Source of the DNA: an uncultured Candidatus Bathyarchaeia archaeon
Lineage (GTDB): Archaea > Thermoproteota > Bathyarchaeia > Bathyarchaeales > Bathycorpusculaceae
Length of the DNA: 64,000 nucleotides
Assembly (NCBI GenBank): GCA_964582085.1
Contig: CAZOPV010000006.1
Coordinates: forward strand, 17,026 to 81,025
Direction of reading: 5' to 3'
The translations under genes were made by a program, and so were the position numbers. Position 1 is the stretch's first letter. Every line of letters starts with the position of its first letter. Shown here in pieces: positions 27,455 to 36,913 of this stretch. The notes under the pieces were generated by a model. It did not search any database and had not been told where the DNA came from. It saw only the letters and a list, made by a program, of their open reading frames with translations.

Positions 27455-28447
27455 GTGGCAGTGCTGGCGACTGCTTTCTTAGCGGGTACCATGCAAACGC
27501 AAATAAACAGTGCTCAAGACTTAAACAAGTGCAATTACTTGCAGGCAATAGCTGAACACATAGTTACTGGTACGGGTTCTCCTGCGGAGTGGGGTTCCAA
27601 AGGGGTGACTCCAACATTTTTCGGTCTTGCATCATCTGATTCTTCATGTCCGTACGCTTTAGACATAGACAAGCTAAGTAGGTTAAGCAGTGAAAACTTG
27701 TACGCACTTCCTTACTTGGAGCTCTCTAAGAGTGCAAGGTTGACTAACTTAGCTTTTGGTGTTTCCCTAAGACAAATGCTAGACATCGACATTGTAATTT
27801 CAGGCAACAGTAGCGCAGGCAGTTTCATCAATTATACTTTTACTGTTTCTGTGAGCCACGAAGCAGAAAGTGTACAAGCGAATCTGCAAGGTTACCTTGT
27901 TACGCGTAATTTTGTAGGCAGTGCTTCCAATTCAACTTCGCCTTCTGGTGTGAGCTACTTGACTATTGGGGTACCAGTCACTTCCAATGGTTCTGCTTTA
28001 CTTGTAGTGTTCGCCCGTGCCTCATTTGATGAAAGGATAACTGCGTACGGCATTTACTCCTTTGGTCACTTAGCAGTAGATCCGCAACCAAATCATACGT
28101 TTTTAGGTCAAAGTCCTCTCAACTACTCTTTGACAGTTTCAAAAAATTATCCAACTGTTACTTTATCCAGCAGCATTGCTCTCTCATACAGTTACGCTTC
28201 TAACCTCACATCTACCTCAACTACCTCCTACATGATACCTGAGTTTTTAGACAGAAGTCCAATTGTGCTTGTGACACTTGGCACAAATGGAACAGAAAGC
28301 TTCTCGGAGTGGACTTCGTATCCTCAGTTGCCCCAAAATGTAGGCGCTGACTTTTCAAACGCAGAGAAAAACCTCTTTGTTTATCCCGTTTTGGTCAAAG
28401 GTGCTCTATACAAACTTACACTCTGCTTTGGAGATGTTCCGAAGTGA
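27455..28447 (+). CDS. Pilus-operon protein with hydrophobic N-terminus (start possibly at ATT 27404)
   Basis: The frame is open from 27389. A GGAGGG SD at 27390-27395 precedes ATT-CCT-ACA-ATT, which gives (M)PTIAIDTFFACSLVV and resembles the MPSVIPGYVYTLFASVII N-terminus of 23843. Confidence 0.6.
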   Translation: MAVLATAFLAGTMQTQINSAQDLNKCNYLQAIAEHIVTGTGSPAEWGSKGVTPTFFGLASSDSSCPYALDIDKLSRLSSENLYALPYLELSKSARLTNLAFGVSLRQMLDIDIVISGNSSAGSFINYTFTVSVSHEAESVQANLQGYLVTRNFVGSASNSTSPSGVSYLTIGVPVTSNGSALLVVFARASFDERITAYGIYSFGHLAVDPQPNHTFLGQSPLNYSLTVSKNYPTVTLSSSIALSYSYASNLTSTSTTSYMIPEFLDRSPIVLVTLGTNGTESFSEWTSYPQLPQNVGADFSNAEKNLFVYPVLVKGALYKLTLCFGDVPK

Positions 28448-28878
28448 ATTTTGTTAGAAACAAAAAAGGCCAAATTCGTGTTATCGAGGCTTTTTTTGCC
28501 TCCGTCTTGCTGCTTTCCTCGCTTTCTCTTATTCCTCTGTCGCAGAAATTTCCTCGTTATTCTGAGGACGAAGCCGATGTTTTTTCTTCTGTAGCGCACA
28601 GAACGCTGATTAGCCTAGACGCCGAAGGTCAGATAGCTGAACTGATTGCTAGCCGCAACTGGTCTGCCATCAAAAATCTTATCCAGTCATGTTTTTCCGC
28701 TGCTATATGGTTTAATTTGACGGTGTTTGACCAAAACCTATCTTACCTTAACGATGAAGTCATATGTAACGGCGGCTTAATTAGCGACAGAATTTATTCT
28801 GTTGACTACGTTTGTGCCAGCAGAAGCACAAACTATACCGTCTGGCTTATTCGACTGCAATTGGCAACGGTGAGTTGA
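28444..28878 (+). CDS. Minor pilin-like protein
   Basis: RNKKG|QIRVIEAFFASVLLLSSL is a class III-like signal. There is a GTGA overlap with the upstream gene. Confidence 0.65.
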   Translation: MNFVRNKKGQIRVIEAFFASVLLLSSLSLIPLSQKFPRYSEDEADVFSSVAHRTLISLDAEGQIAELIASRNWSAIKNLIQSCFSAAIWFNLTVFDQNLSYLNDEVICNGGLISDRIYSVDYVCASRSTNYTVWLIRLQLATVS

Positions 28879-28879
28879 A

Positions 28880-29656
28880 ATGAGGTCTTTGCGAACTCAA
28901 CGTGGAACTTCTGGGCAAGTGTTGGTTATCACTTCTTTGATAGTTGTTATGTTGCTTTTGTCAACGGTTATTTATGTAAGAGAAACTGCAATGGACGCCC
29001 CTGTCTACGCTTCTTCGTCAAATTTGAGTTTTGTAGCACTTAAGCAAGCAATACGCCACACAGTTATAAGTGCGTTGGCAAATGTTTCTAACGGTGGGCA
29101 CCCATCAGTTTTGGAAGCTGATTTGAGTCAGCTAAAATATGTTGTAGCAAATGGTTATTATCCTGCACTTGTAGCTATTAATCACACTGCCCTTAACCGT
29201 GGTGATTACAGTGACGGTTTTTGGATTTATTGGGCGTCAACTGGAACTGGACTTTCTAGTGCCTATGTGGATTTCAGTTTGCTATCGTCAGATATTTCCA
29301 CAGGTTATTTTTCAGAGTTTTTTGTGAATGTGACTTCAAAAATTGTTGTGACAGGGGAATATGTGCTTTTGGAAGGAACTGAAAAGCAAGTAAACGTAAC
29401 ATGTACCTTCTACAACGAGGATAGTTATGCTCTTGCAAAAAATTTTACGGTGTACTATGAGTATGACGGTCTGCTTTCGCCTGAAGAGTGGTTAACTCCC
29501 GCGTCGCTTAATGTTTTGGATTATGGCAACGGCACATATTTCTGCTCTTTTACTGCGACTACCAAACACCGCCATGATCCAATGATGGTTTCAGTGCGGG
29601 GTGTTGACGGCAGGGGAATTCTAACTGTGGCCAATGTGACCTGTGTGTTACGATGA
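28880..29656 (+). CDS. Minor pilin-like / TadE-like protein
   Basis: RTQRGTSGQVLVITSLIVVMLLLSTVIYV N-terminus. It is the last gene of the coupled operon. Confidence 0.6.
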   Translation: MRSLRTQRGTSGQVLVITSLIVVMLLLSTVIYVRETAMDAPVYASSSNLSFVALKQAIRHTVISALANVSNGGHPSVLEADLSQLKYVVANGYYPALVAINHTALNRGDYSDGFWIYWASTGTGLSSAYVDFSLLSSDISTGYFSEFFVNVTSKIVVTGEYVLLEGTEKQVNVTCTFYNEDSYALAKNFTVYYEYDGLLSPEEWLTPASLNVLDYGNGTYFCSFTATTKHRHDPMMVSVRGVDGRGILTVANVTCVLR

Positions 29657-29815
29657 GCAGTAGTGTTTTAGTTGTTTCTGTTTTGTTGAGTAGCTTTATG
29701 GTTGAGTTAAAAGTGAATTTGTGATTCATATTTCTAATTTAGATTTCGAGGTCATAAGTATCTAATATGTAGTAGGCTAAAATCAGTAGGCAAAATACAG
29801 ACTTGAAAACTAAAG

Positions 29816-30751
29816 GTGAAACCTGTAATGGAACTTATGGTCCAAAAAAGAAACAGCGACGTAGTGAAAGTTTATGATGAAAAGACCGACGCAGTCAAGT
29901 TTGTTAAACGTGACAAAGGCTTTACTAAACAGCTTTCGACAATTGAGGAAACTTTAGCGCGGTTCGGACTTTTGAAGAATGAAATTAAAGTTTACCTTTA
30001 CCTTGCGAGGGTAGGTGAAAAGAAGGCTGGTGAAATTGCTGAGGCTATCAGTTTGCATAGGACTGAAACGTATCGTATTTTGCGTGATCTTGAGAAGAAG
30101 GGAATTTTGTTTTCGATTTTTGAGAAACCCCTAAAGTTTACCGCGGTACCGCTCGAAAAGGCCATAGATATCCTTGTTGAAGCGCAGAAGATGAAGATTA
30201 AGTTGCTTGAAAAAGAAAAACAAAACCTGGTGGAACTTTGGCTGTCTGTTCCCCAGATGAAGGTAGAGAGCGCTAAAAAAGAGCTGTTTCAGATGCTGGA
30301 GGGTGAGCAGCAAGTGGTTCTGAAAGCTAATGAACTGCTTGAGCGCACTCAAAAGGAGTTTCAAATCTTTGCGGCTGACGAGTATTTGGCTCAACTTTAC
30401 TATAGCGATTTTACTGACAAACTTAAACAGAAACAGGATAAAATTGACATTATGTTGCTGACTGAGAATTCTCCGAAAAGCCTTTTCTTCGTTGAGCAGA
30501 TTGATCTAGCGAAAGACAGGGTTGGTGTTGTTGCAGCGCAAAGTTTGCCTTGCTTTATGATATCTGACAAAAAGGAGTTGCTAATTGCTTTCCACGAGAA
30601 CGATGTTACCAGTGACTCAGGTGACAAGAAGAAATTCAAAACGGCAGCAATATGGACAAATTACACGGCTTTCGTTTGGACTCTTCAGATGCTTTTCTCT
30701 AAGCTGCTGGAGAGTGGGCAGTCGTCATCTGTTGTTTCTGTTCCAGCTTAG
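29816..30751 (+). CDS. TrmB family transcriptional regulator
   Basis: LARFGLLKNEIKVYLYLARVGEKKAGEIAEAISLHRTETYRILRDLEKKGIL is the TrmB wHTH, followed by a coiled coil and a C-terminal domain. Confidence 0.8.
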   Translation: MKPVMELMVQKRNSDVVKVYDEKTDAVKFVKRDKGFTKQLSTIEETLARFGLLKNEIKVYLYLARVGEKKAGEIAEAISLHRTETYRILRDLEKKGILFSIFEKPLKFTAVPLEKAIDILVEAQKMKIKLLEKEKQNLVELWLSVPQMKVESAKKELFQMLEGEQQVVLKANELLERTQKEFQIFAADEYLAQLYYSDFTDKLKQKQDKIDIMLLTENSPKSLFFVEQIDLAKDRVGVVAAQSLPCFMISDKKELLIAFHENDVTSDSGDKKKFKTAAIWTNYTAFVWTLQMLFSKLLESGQSSSVVSVPA

Positions 30752-30793
30752 ACCTTCTGCTTCTTGTTTCTCACGAGGAGAGAAGGTGAGATA

Positions 30794-32002
30794 ATGTTTC
30801 AACAGAAAAAGAGGTTATTTGTGTTTTTTTCCCTATTTTTGGCGGTGGCGCTTGCTGGTTCTTTTCTTTGCTTGACGCTGCTTGGTAATGTGGGGTCTTT
30901 GCAGGTAGCCAAAGGCGCTGAATTAGTTTGGGAAAGAAACTATGGCGGGTCGGGGGACGATCGATGCTTCTCTGCGGTGGCTACTGAAGATGGCTATATT
31001 CTTGTTGGGTCGTCCACCTCTTTTGGGCGGGGAGAAACCGTAGGGTGGGTTTTGCGTGTTGATGCATATGGTGAGAAGCTTTGGAATTGGACCTTCAATG
31101 AGGGCTTTGGAGCTGAATTTAGACAAGTGCTAAACGTGGAAGATGGTTTTCTGCTTTTAGGCAACATCTTTTTTGCTTCGGGTGAAACAGAGGGCTTGGC
31201 AGTTAAACTTGACAAAGCAGGTAATTTGCAGTGGAAAACTGCTTTGTCATGTGGTAGTGGTGTTAATAAACTTTTTTCTGCAGTTAAATCGGAGGATAGT
31301 TTTCTTCTTTCTGGTTTGGTTGAGTCTTCTGAAGGTGATGGCAGTCACGTTTGGTTAGTTAAACTAGATTTTGATGGAAACCTCTTGTGGAATAAGGTTT
31401 TCAGTAATTTGCGTGATGCTGCGGGACGCGGTGTAATGGTGACTCAGGATGGTTATTATGTGGTTGTAGGTTATATGGATGCTGGGGGAAGCGGGGACTA
31501 TGATTTTTTGGTGCTCAAACTTGACGTCTCAGGGGTGGTCTTGTGGAATCATACTTATGGTGGATGCGAAAGTGATAAGGCATATGCTGTAGCTTCAGCG
31601 TTTGATGGTTATGTGGTTGTTGGTGATACGCGTTCTAAAGGTTCAGGTGACAGCGATGTTTGGATTGTAAAAATTGATTTTGACGGCAATCTGATTTGGG
31701 AGACTGTTTTTGGGGGCGAAGACTTTGATGCGCCTACCTGTGTTTCTCAATTGACTGGTGGTAAATACTCTGTGGGAGGCGTTACGTTTTCTTATGGGAA
31801 TGGCTTACGGGATTTTTTGCTTTTAAGCGTTGACGATGGGGGTCAAGTTGTTTGGAGTTGTACTGTTGGACGAAGTGATTATGAAGAAGCCTACGCTGTT
31901 GTCCCCAGTGTCGTTGGCGAATTTGTTATTGCAGGTTGGACTAGTAGCCTTGGGCAGGGGCGCTATGACTTTTATGCAGTAAAGGTGAGAGTTAATTCTT
32001 AG
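30794..32002 (+). CDS. Secreted seven-repeat (beta-propeller-like) protein
   Basis: Signal/anchor KKRLFVFFSLFLAVALAGSFL followed by seven ~50-aa repeats of the pattern DG[YF]xxxGxTxSxGxGxxDxxLxKxDxxGxxxW. AGGTGAG SD precedes ATG 30794. Confidence 0.7.
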   Translation: MFQQKKRLFVFFSLFLAVALAGSFLCLTLLGNVGSLQVAKGAELVWERNYGGSGDDRCFSAVATEDGYILVGSSTSFGRGETVGWVLRVDAYGEKLWNWTFNEGFGAEFRQVLNVEDGFLLLGNIFFASGETEGLAVKLDKAGNLQWKTALSCGSGVNKLFSAVKSEDSFLLSGLVESSEGDGSHVWLVKLDFDGNLLWNKVFSNLRDAAGRGVMVTQDGYYVVVGYMDAGGSGDYDFLVLKLDVSGVVLWNHTYGGCESDKAYAVASAFDGYVVVGDTRSKGSGDSDVWIVKIDFDGNLIWETVFGGEDFDAPTCVSQLTGGKYSVGGVTFSYGNGLRDFLLLSVDDGGQVVWSCTVGRSDYEEAYAVVPSVVGEFVIAGWTSSLGQGRYDFYAVKVRVNS

Positions 32003-32048
32003 TTTATGTCTGTTTAACTTAAAACTTGTTTCTGAAATTTTTCTTTGG

Positions 32049-32234
32049 TTAAACTATGTATTGAAGTTGTGGTTTTTCAAGTTGTAGTTGTATCTTGTCC
32101 TCAAAATCTATCTGAACGTGCCCTATTAGCCAATCATTAAATTTGGCGCAGTTGTTTGGGTTGCAGCTGAACGTTTTCTTATCTTTATTCCAAAAAGCAC
32201 ATGAAACACATGGTATTTCCGAGTTATCTTTCAT
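32049..32234 (-). CDS. Small Cys-rich hypothetical protein
   Basis: 61 aa with CxxC..C....C spacing. It stands alone in the intergenic region. Weak evidence. Confidence 0.3.
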   Translation of the reverse strand: MKDNSEIPCVSCAFWNKDKKTFSCNPNNCAKFNDWLIGHVQIDFEDKIQLQLEKPQLQYIV

Positions 32235-32323
32235 TTATTATCGCTATGTAATCATTTGAGAGTTGATTTATCGCTTGTGAACTGGTAATCACTATTTTCA
32301 ATAACTGGGCTATTATAGAATTT

Positions 32324-33952
32324 TTAGGCGGAAAATTTGTGTTTTTTTCTTTGGAGGTTAAATTCTTCTCTCATTTTTATCTGACGTCTTTTTACGTTAT
32401 ATCTAACAGAGAAGTTGTGCGCTGCGTCTCGCATCTGCCGCAGTAGCAACATTATGCGGTTGTTTTTATCGACTTGTCTTGGTGTGTCCTCGTTTGGTAA
32501 GTAAATTTCCTCATGTTCCTTTGCTAATCCAATAAGTGGTAGTTGTAGTCCAAGCGATTTCAGAGCTGTTTCTGCTGCACTAACTTGTCCTGCTCCTCCG
32601 TCTATTACGACTAAGTCTGGTAGCTGTGCTTTTTCCTCTATTAGTCGTTTATATCTTCGGGTGACAACCTCGTTGATGGCTGCGAAGTCGTCTTGTTTTG
32701 TGATGGTTTTTATTTTGAATTTGCGGTAGTTGCGCTTGTCAGGTTTGGCGTTTGTGAAGCGCACCATGCCTGCAACTAGATGTTCCTGCCCCAAGTTGGA
32801 GATGTCAAAGCATTCAATAATGTGTGGGATGCTGGATAGGTTGAGAAAGTCCTGTAGATCTACGAGGGCATTGTCGTCTTCTATTGTAGTTTCAAGGTTT
32901 TTCTCTGCAAGTTGAACCAGTTCTAGTCGGTTTCCTCGTCTTGGCACTGTAAGCGTTGTTTTTGCTCCTCTTTTTTCGGAAAAAAACTGCTCTAATGCTG
33001 CTTTTTCTTCGGAGTCGTGCCAGACGGGTCTGTTTAGCAGAATTTCTCTAGGAATTGAATTCGCTTCGTAGAACGCTTTTAGAAATTCTTCTTCCACCTC
33101 TGGCTGTAAATCCATTGTGAATTCTTTTTTGCCTAAGAGAACCCCTTTACGTACACCCATGTGCACGGCTAAAACTTTTTCTCCTATTCGGCGGAAGGTG
33201 AGAACGTCTTGGTCGTACAGTCTTTCTTTGTCTACAATTTGTCGTTGTGTAAGCAAGCTGATGGAAGAAATTTGGTTACGGAGCTCCAGTGCCTCTTCGT
33301 ATTTTTGTTCATCTGCTGCCTTCTTCATAAGTTCTTGGAGTGCTATTGCGGTTTGTTCGTAGTTGCCTTTAAGAAAAGACCTTGCCTGTTCAACTTGCTT
33401 TGCGTACTGTTCCGCGGTGACTTTTCCTGTGCATGGAGCTGTGCAGATGCCTATGTGAAAATTAAGGCATGCTCGTTTGGGTAGTGTTTTGCATGTACGA
33501 AGTTTAAAGACTCTCACTACGAGTTTTTGGAGGTCTTGCCGTGTGAAGCCGTCTGTGTAGGGTCCAAATGATTCGAGTTTGCGGGAAACTTTGCGGCTGG
33601 TGAGTATCCTTGGGAATGTTTCTTTTGTAAGTGCTATGTAGGCAAATGTTTTGGCGTCTTTGAGGTCTATGTTGTAACGGGGGGTGTGTTGCTTAACTAG
33701 TTTGTTCTCTAAAAGTAGTGCTTCCACTTCGTTGTTTACGATGATCCAGTCTATGTTTCGGATTTTAGAGACTAGTTGCCGTGTTTTGGTGGGTTGGTTG
33801 CTGTTGGCAAAGTAGCTTTTGACGCGGGCGCGGAGGTTTTTAGCTTTTCCGATATAGAGTATTTCGTCTTTTTCGTCTTTGAAGATGTAGACGCCGGAGT
33901 TTGTGGGAACCTCGGAGCTTTTGAATTCTGCAGGTGAAGCTATCGCTATCAT
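32324..33952 (-). CDS. uvrC: Excinuclease ABC subunit C
   Basis: GIY-YIG motif (GVYIFKDEKDEILYIGKAKNLRARV) and a UVR domain. ATGA overlap with the uvrA stop. Confidence 0.9.
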   Translation of the reverse strand: MIAIASPAEFKSSEVPTNSGVYIFKDEKDEILYIGKAKNLRARVKSYFANSNQPTKTRQLVSKIRNIDWIIVNNEVEALLLENKLVKQHTPRYNIDLKDAKTFAYIALTKETFPRILTSRKVSRKLESFGPYTDGFTRQDLQKLVVRVFKLRTCKTLPKRACLNFHIGICTAPCTGKVTAEQYAKQVEQARSFLKGNYEQTAIALQELMKKAADEQKYEEALELRNQISSISLLTQRQIVDKERLYDQDVLTFRRIGEKVLAVHMGVRKGVLLGKKEFTMDLQPEVEEEFLKAFYEANSIPREILLNRPVWHDSEEKAALEQFFSEKRGAKTTLTVPRRGNRLELVQLAEKNLETTIEDDNALVDLQDFLNLSSIPHIIECFDISNLGQEHLVAGMVRFTNAKPDKRNYRKFKIKTITKQDDFAAINEVVTRRYKRLIEEKAQLPDLVVIDGGAGQVSAAETALKSLGLQLPLIGLAKEHEEIYLPNEDTPRQVDKNNRIMLLLRQMRDAAHNFSVRYNVKRRQIKMREEFNLQRKKHKFSA

Positions 33953-36819
33953 GCTGGATCTTTCTGGAGTATTTTTTTGAGGAACTTGCCTGTATGTGAG
34001 TTGGGGTTTTCTGCCACTTCTTCTGGGGTTCCTTGTGCTATGACTTGTCCGCCTTCTTCTCCTCCTTCGGGACCAAGGTCGATGAGGTAGTCACAGCTTT
34101 TTATTACGTCCAAGTTGTGTTCGATTACGTAGACGGTGTTGCCTTTTGCAACCAGTCTGTTGAGTACTTTTATGAGGCGTTTGGTGTCGTCAAAGTGCAG
34201 TCCGGTTGTGGGTTCATCTAGTAAGTAAACTACATGTCCCGATTTGTGTTTGCTGAGTTCGCGGGTAATTTTTATGCGTTGACTTTCTCCTCCTGAGAGC
34301 GTGGTGGAGCTTTGTCCAAGTTTAATGTAGCCTAGCCCCACGTCCAGTAGGGTTTGAAGTTTGCGTGATATCAGAGGCATGTTTTCGAAGAATTGTGCTG
34401 CTTCTTCCACTGTCATGTCTAAAATCTCTGCTATATTTTTTCCCTTGTAGAGTACGCTAAGAGTTTCTTTGTTGTATCTTTTGCCTTTGCATTCGCTGCA
34501 TTGTACGTAGATGTCGGGTAAAAAGTTCATTTCTATGCGTAATACACCATCTCCTTGGCAAGTTTCGCATCTTCCTCCTTTCACATTGAAGCTGAATCGT
34601 CCTGGGCTGTAGCCGCGGACTTTCGCTTCTTTAGTGGAGGCGAAAATTTTTCTGATTTCATCAAAAAGCTTAGTGTAGGTGGCGGGGTTGCTTCTGGGGG
34701 TTCTGCCGATTGGATCTTGGTCGATAACTATGACGTTATGTACAAAACTTGGGACATCCATTTTGTCGTATTTTCCGATTTTATCTACTCTTTCTCCATA
34801 CATCTGGCGTAGTGCAGGCATAACTGTTTGGTTCATCAGTGTGCTTTTGCCTGAACCTGAAACGCCTGTGATTCCGCATAGCACGCCAAGGGGCAGTTTT
34901 ACGTTTAGGTTTTTGAGGTTGTTCTCTTTGGCTCCGTAGACTGTAATGTAACCAGTGGGTTTTCGTCTTTCTTTTGGGACTTCAATTTTTAGCTCGCCTG
35001 AAAGATACTTGCCTGTTAAGCTTCGTTTATTTTTCATGATGTCTTGGGGAGTGCCCTCTGCGACAATGTGTCCTCCGTGGACGCCTGCGCCTGGACCCAT
35101 GTCTACGATGTAGTCTGCGTTTCGAATGGTTTCTTCGTCGTGTTCCACTACAATTAGTGTGTTGCCTAAATCGCGGAGTCTATGGAGGGTACTGATGAGT
35201 TTTGTGTTATCTCTTTGATGTAGGCCGATGCTGGGCTCGTCTAGTATGTAGAGTACACCCATGAGGTTGCTGCCTATCTGTGTGGCTAACCGGATTCGTT
35301 GGGCTTCTCCACCTGAGAGTGTGCGGGCGGCTCGGGAAAGTGACAGGTAGCCTAAGCCGACGTTTTTGAGAAAGCTGAGGCGGTCGTTTATTTCTTTGAG
35401 TACTTGTTTTGCAATAATCATTTCTTTTTCGTTCAAGTGAGCTGGGAGGTCTGCAAAGAAACTTATCGCTTGGTCGATGGAGAGGTCGGTGACGTCAATT
35501 ATGCTTTTGCCTTGAATTTTTACTGCTAGAACCACGGGTTGCAGCCTTTTGCCTTGGCAGGTGTTGCAGATTCGCGACTTCATGAATTTTTCTATTTCCT
35601 CTTTGCGCCATTCGCTTTCGGTTTGTTTGTACAGTCTCATGGTTTGTGGTATGACGCCTTCCCAACCGTTTTGCATCCACATGGTTGCACCGTTTGACCA
35701 GTTGCCACTGATGGGTTCTCTGTCGCCGTACAATAGGACTTGGAGTTGTTTATCTGTGAAGTCTTTGATAGGTGTGAAGATGTCAAAGCCGTGTTTTTTG
35801 CCAACCATAGCAAGTTGCTGCACCCGCCATGTCAAATCCATTTTGCCGTAAACTGCTAGGGCGCCGTCCATGATGGATTTGTTTTTGTCGGGGATAACTA
35901 AGTCCTCGGAGACTTCGGTAATTTCTCCCAGTCCATGGCAGGTGGGGCATGCGCCAAAGGGTGAGTTAAATGAGAACATGCGGGGTTCTAAGCTTTCAAA
36001 CACGATTTCTGGATGGTTAGGGCAGGCTCCAAAGGTGCTATAGACTGTTTCGCCTTTGAATCTTTCTAGTTCACGTTTTTTCTCTTTGTTTGTGTCTTGG
36101 GCGTTTATAACAATCATAGTGCCTTTGCCTGTTAAAAGCGCTTGTTCTACCGCTTCGGCTATGCGGCAGTGTTCTTCGTTGTCGATTTTTATGGTGTCTA
36201 TGACTGCCTCTATCCAGTGCTTTTCGTAGCGAATCAGTTTCACTTCTTCTTTGATGGAGTCTGCGTCGTAGATTTTTTGGTCCACTCTGATTTTGGTAAA
36301 ACCCTGTTTTTTGAGATCGTCAAAAACCTGTTCGTGTGTGCCTTTCATGCCTCTAATTATGGGCGCAAGAAAAATGAGCGTCTTGCCTTGTTCTGCCATG
36401 ATGAGACTGGTTATGTTTTCGGGGCTTTGGGGGCGAATAGAGTTGCCGCATTTTGGGCAGTGGTGTATGCCGATGCGTGCGTAAAGCAGCCTAAGGTAAT
36501 CGTAGATTTCCGTTACGGTGCCTACGGTGGAGCGGGGGTTTTTGCTGGTGCTTTTTTGTTCAATGGAGATGGCTGGAGATAAACCGTCAATTGAGTCGAC
36601 GTCGGGTTTATCCATGAGTCCCAGAAACTGCCTAGCGTATGCGCTTAGGCTCTCTACGTACCGTCTTTGGCCTTCAGCGTATATGGTGTCAAATGCTAAT
36701 GTGGATTTGCCTGAGCCTGACAGCCCCGTAATCACAATCAGCTTGTTTCGCGGTAGCTCCACGTCTATGTTTTTGAGATTGTGTTCTCGGGCGCCTTTAA
36801 TAGAAATCGTGTCTCGCAT
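33949..36819 (-). CDS. uvrA: Excinuclease ABC subunit A
   Basis: Two ABC modules ([18 protein letters not shown]; [16 protein letters not shown]) plus zinc-finger CxxC pairs. 956 aa. Confidence 0.95.
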   Translation of the reverse strand: MRDTISIKGAREHNLKNIDVELPRNKLIVITGLSGSGKSTLAFDTIYAEGQRRYVESLSAYARQFLGLMDKPDVDSIDGLSPAISIEQKSTSKNPRSTVGTVTEIYDYLRLLYARIGIHHCPKCGNSIRPQSPENITSLIMAEQGKTLIFLAPIIRGMKGTHEQVFDDLKKQGFTKIRVDQKIYDADSIKEEVKLIRYEKHWIEAVIDTIKIDNEEHCRIAEAVEQALLTGKGTMIVINAQDTNKEKKRELERFKGETVYSTFGACPNHPEIVFESLEPRMFSFNSPFGACPTCHGLGEITEVSEDLVIPDKNKSIMDGALAVYGKMDLTWRVQQLAMVGKKHGFDIFTPIKDFTDKQLQVLLYGDREPISGNWSNGATMWMQNGWEGVIPQTMRLYKQTESEWRKEEIEKFMKSRICNTCQGKRLQPVVLAVKIQGKSIIDVTDLSIDQAISFFADLPAHLNEKEMIIAKQVLKEINDRLSFLKNVGLGYLSLSRAARTLSGGEAQRIRLATQIGSNLMGVLYILDEPSIGLHQRDNTKLISTLHRLRDLGNTLIVVEHDEETIRNADYIVDMGPGAGVHGGHIVAEGTPQDIMKNKRSLTGKYLSGELKIEVPKERRKPTGYITVYGAKENNLKNLNVKLPLGVLCGITGVSGSGKSTLMNQTVMPALRQMYGERVDKIGKYDKMDVPSFVHNVIVIDQDPIGRTPRSNPATYTKLFDEIRKIFASTKEAKVRGYSPGRFSFNVKGGRCETCQGDGVLRIEMNFLPDIYVQCSECKGKRYNKETLSVLYKGKNIAEILDMTVEEAAQFFENMPLISRKLQTLLDVGLGYIKLGQSSTTLSGGESQRIKITRELSKHKSGHVVYLLDEPTTGLHFDDTKRLIKVLNRLVAKGNTVYVIEHNLDVIKSCDYLIDLGPEGGEEGGQVIAQGTPEEVAENPNSHTGKFLKKILQKDPA

Positions 36820-36913
36820 TACTGTAACCTGTTTTGGTGTTTAACAATGGGATTTTACTTGTTTCAGCTTGATGCTTTTCTACCTTTTTGCGTTGAAAAT
36901 GTAATTCTGACGG

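Noticed and set aside
34033-36844. Plus-strand ORFs of up to 146 aa inside uvrA (for example 36142..36582 and 36518..36844), and similar ones inside uvrB and uvrC.
   Set aside because: They are antisense to unmistakable Uvr genes and are composition-driven open frames.
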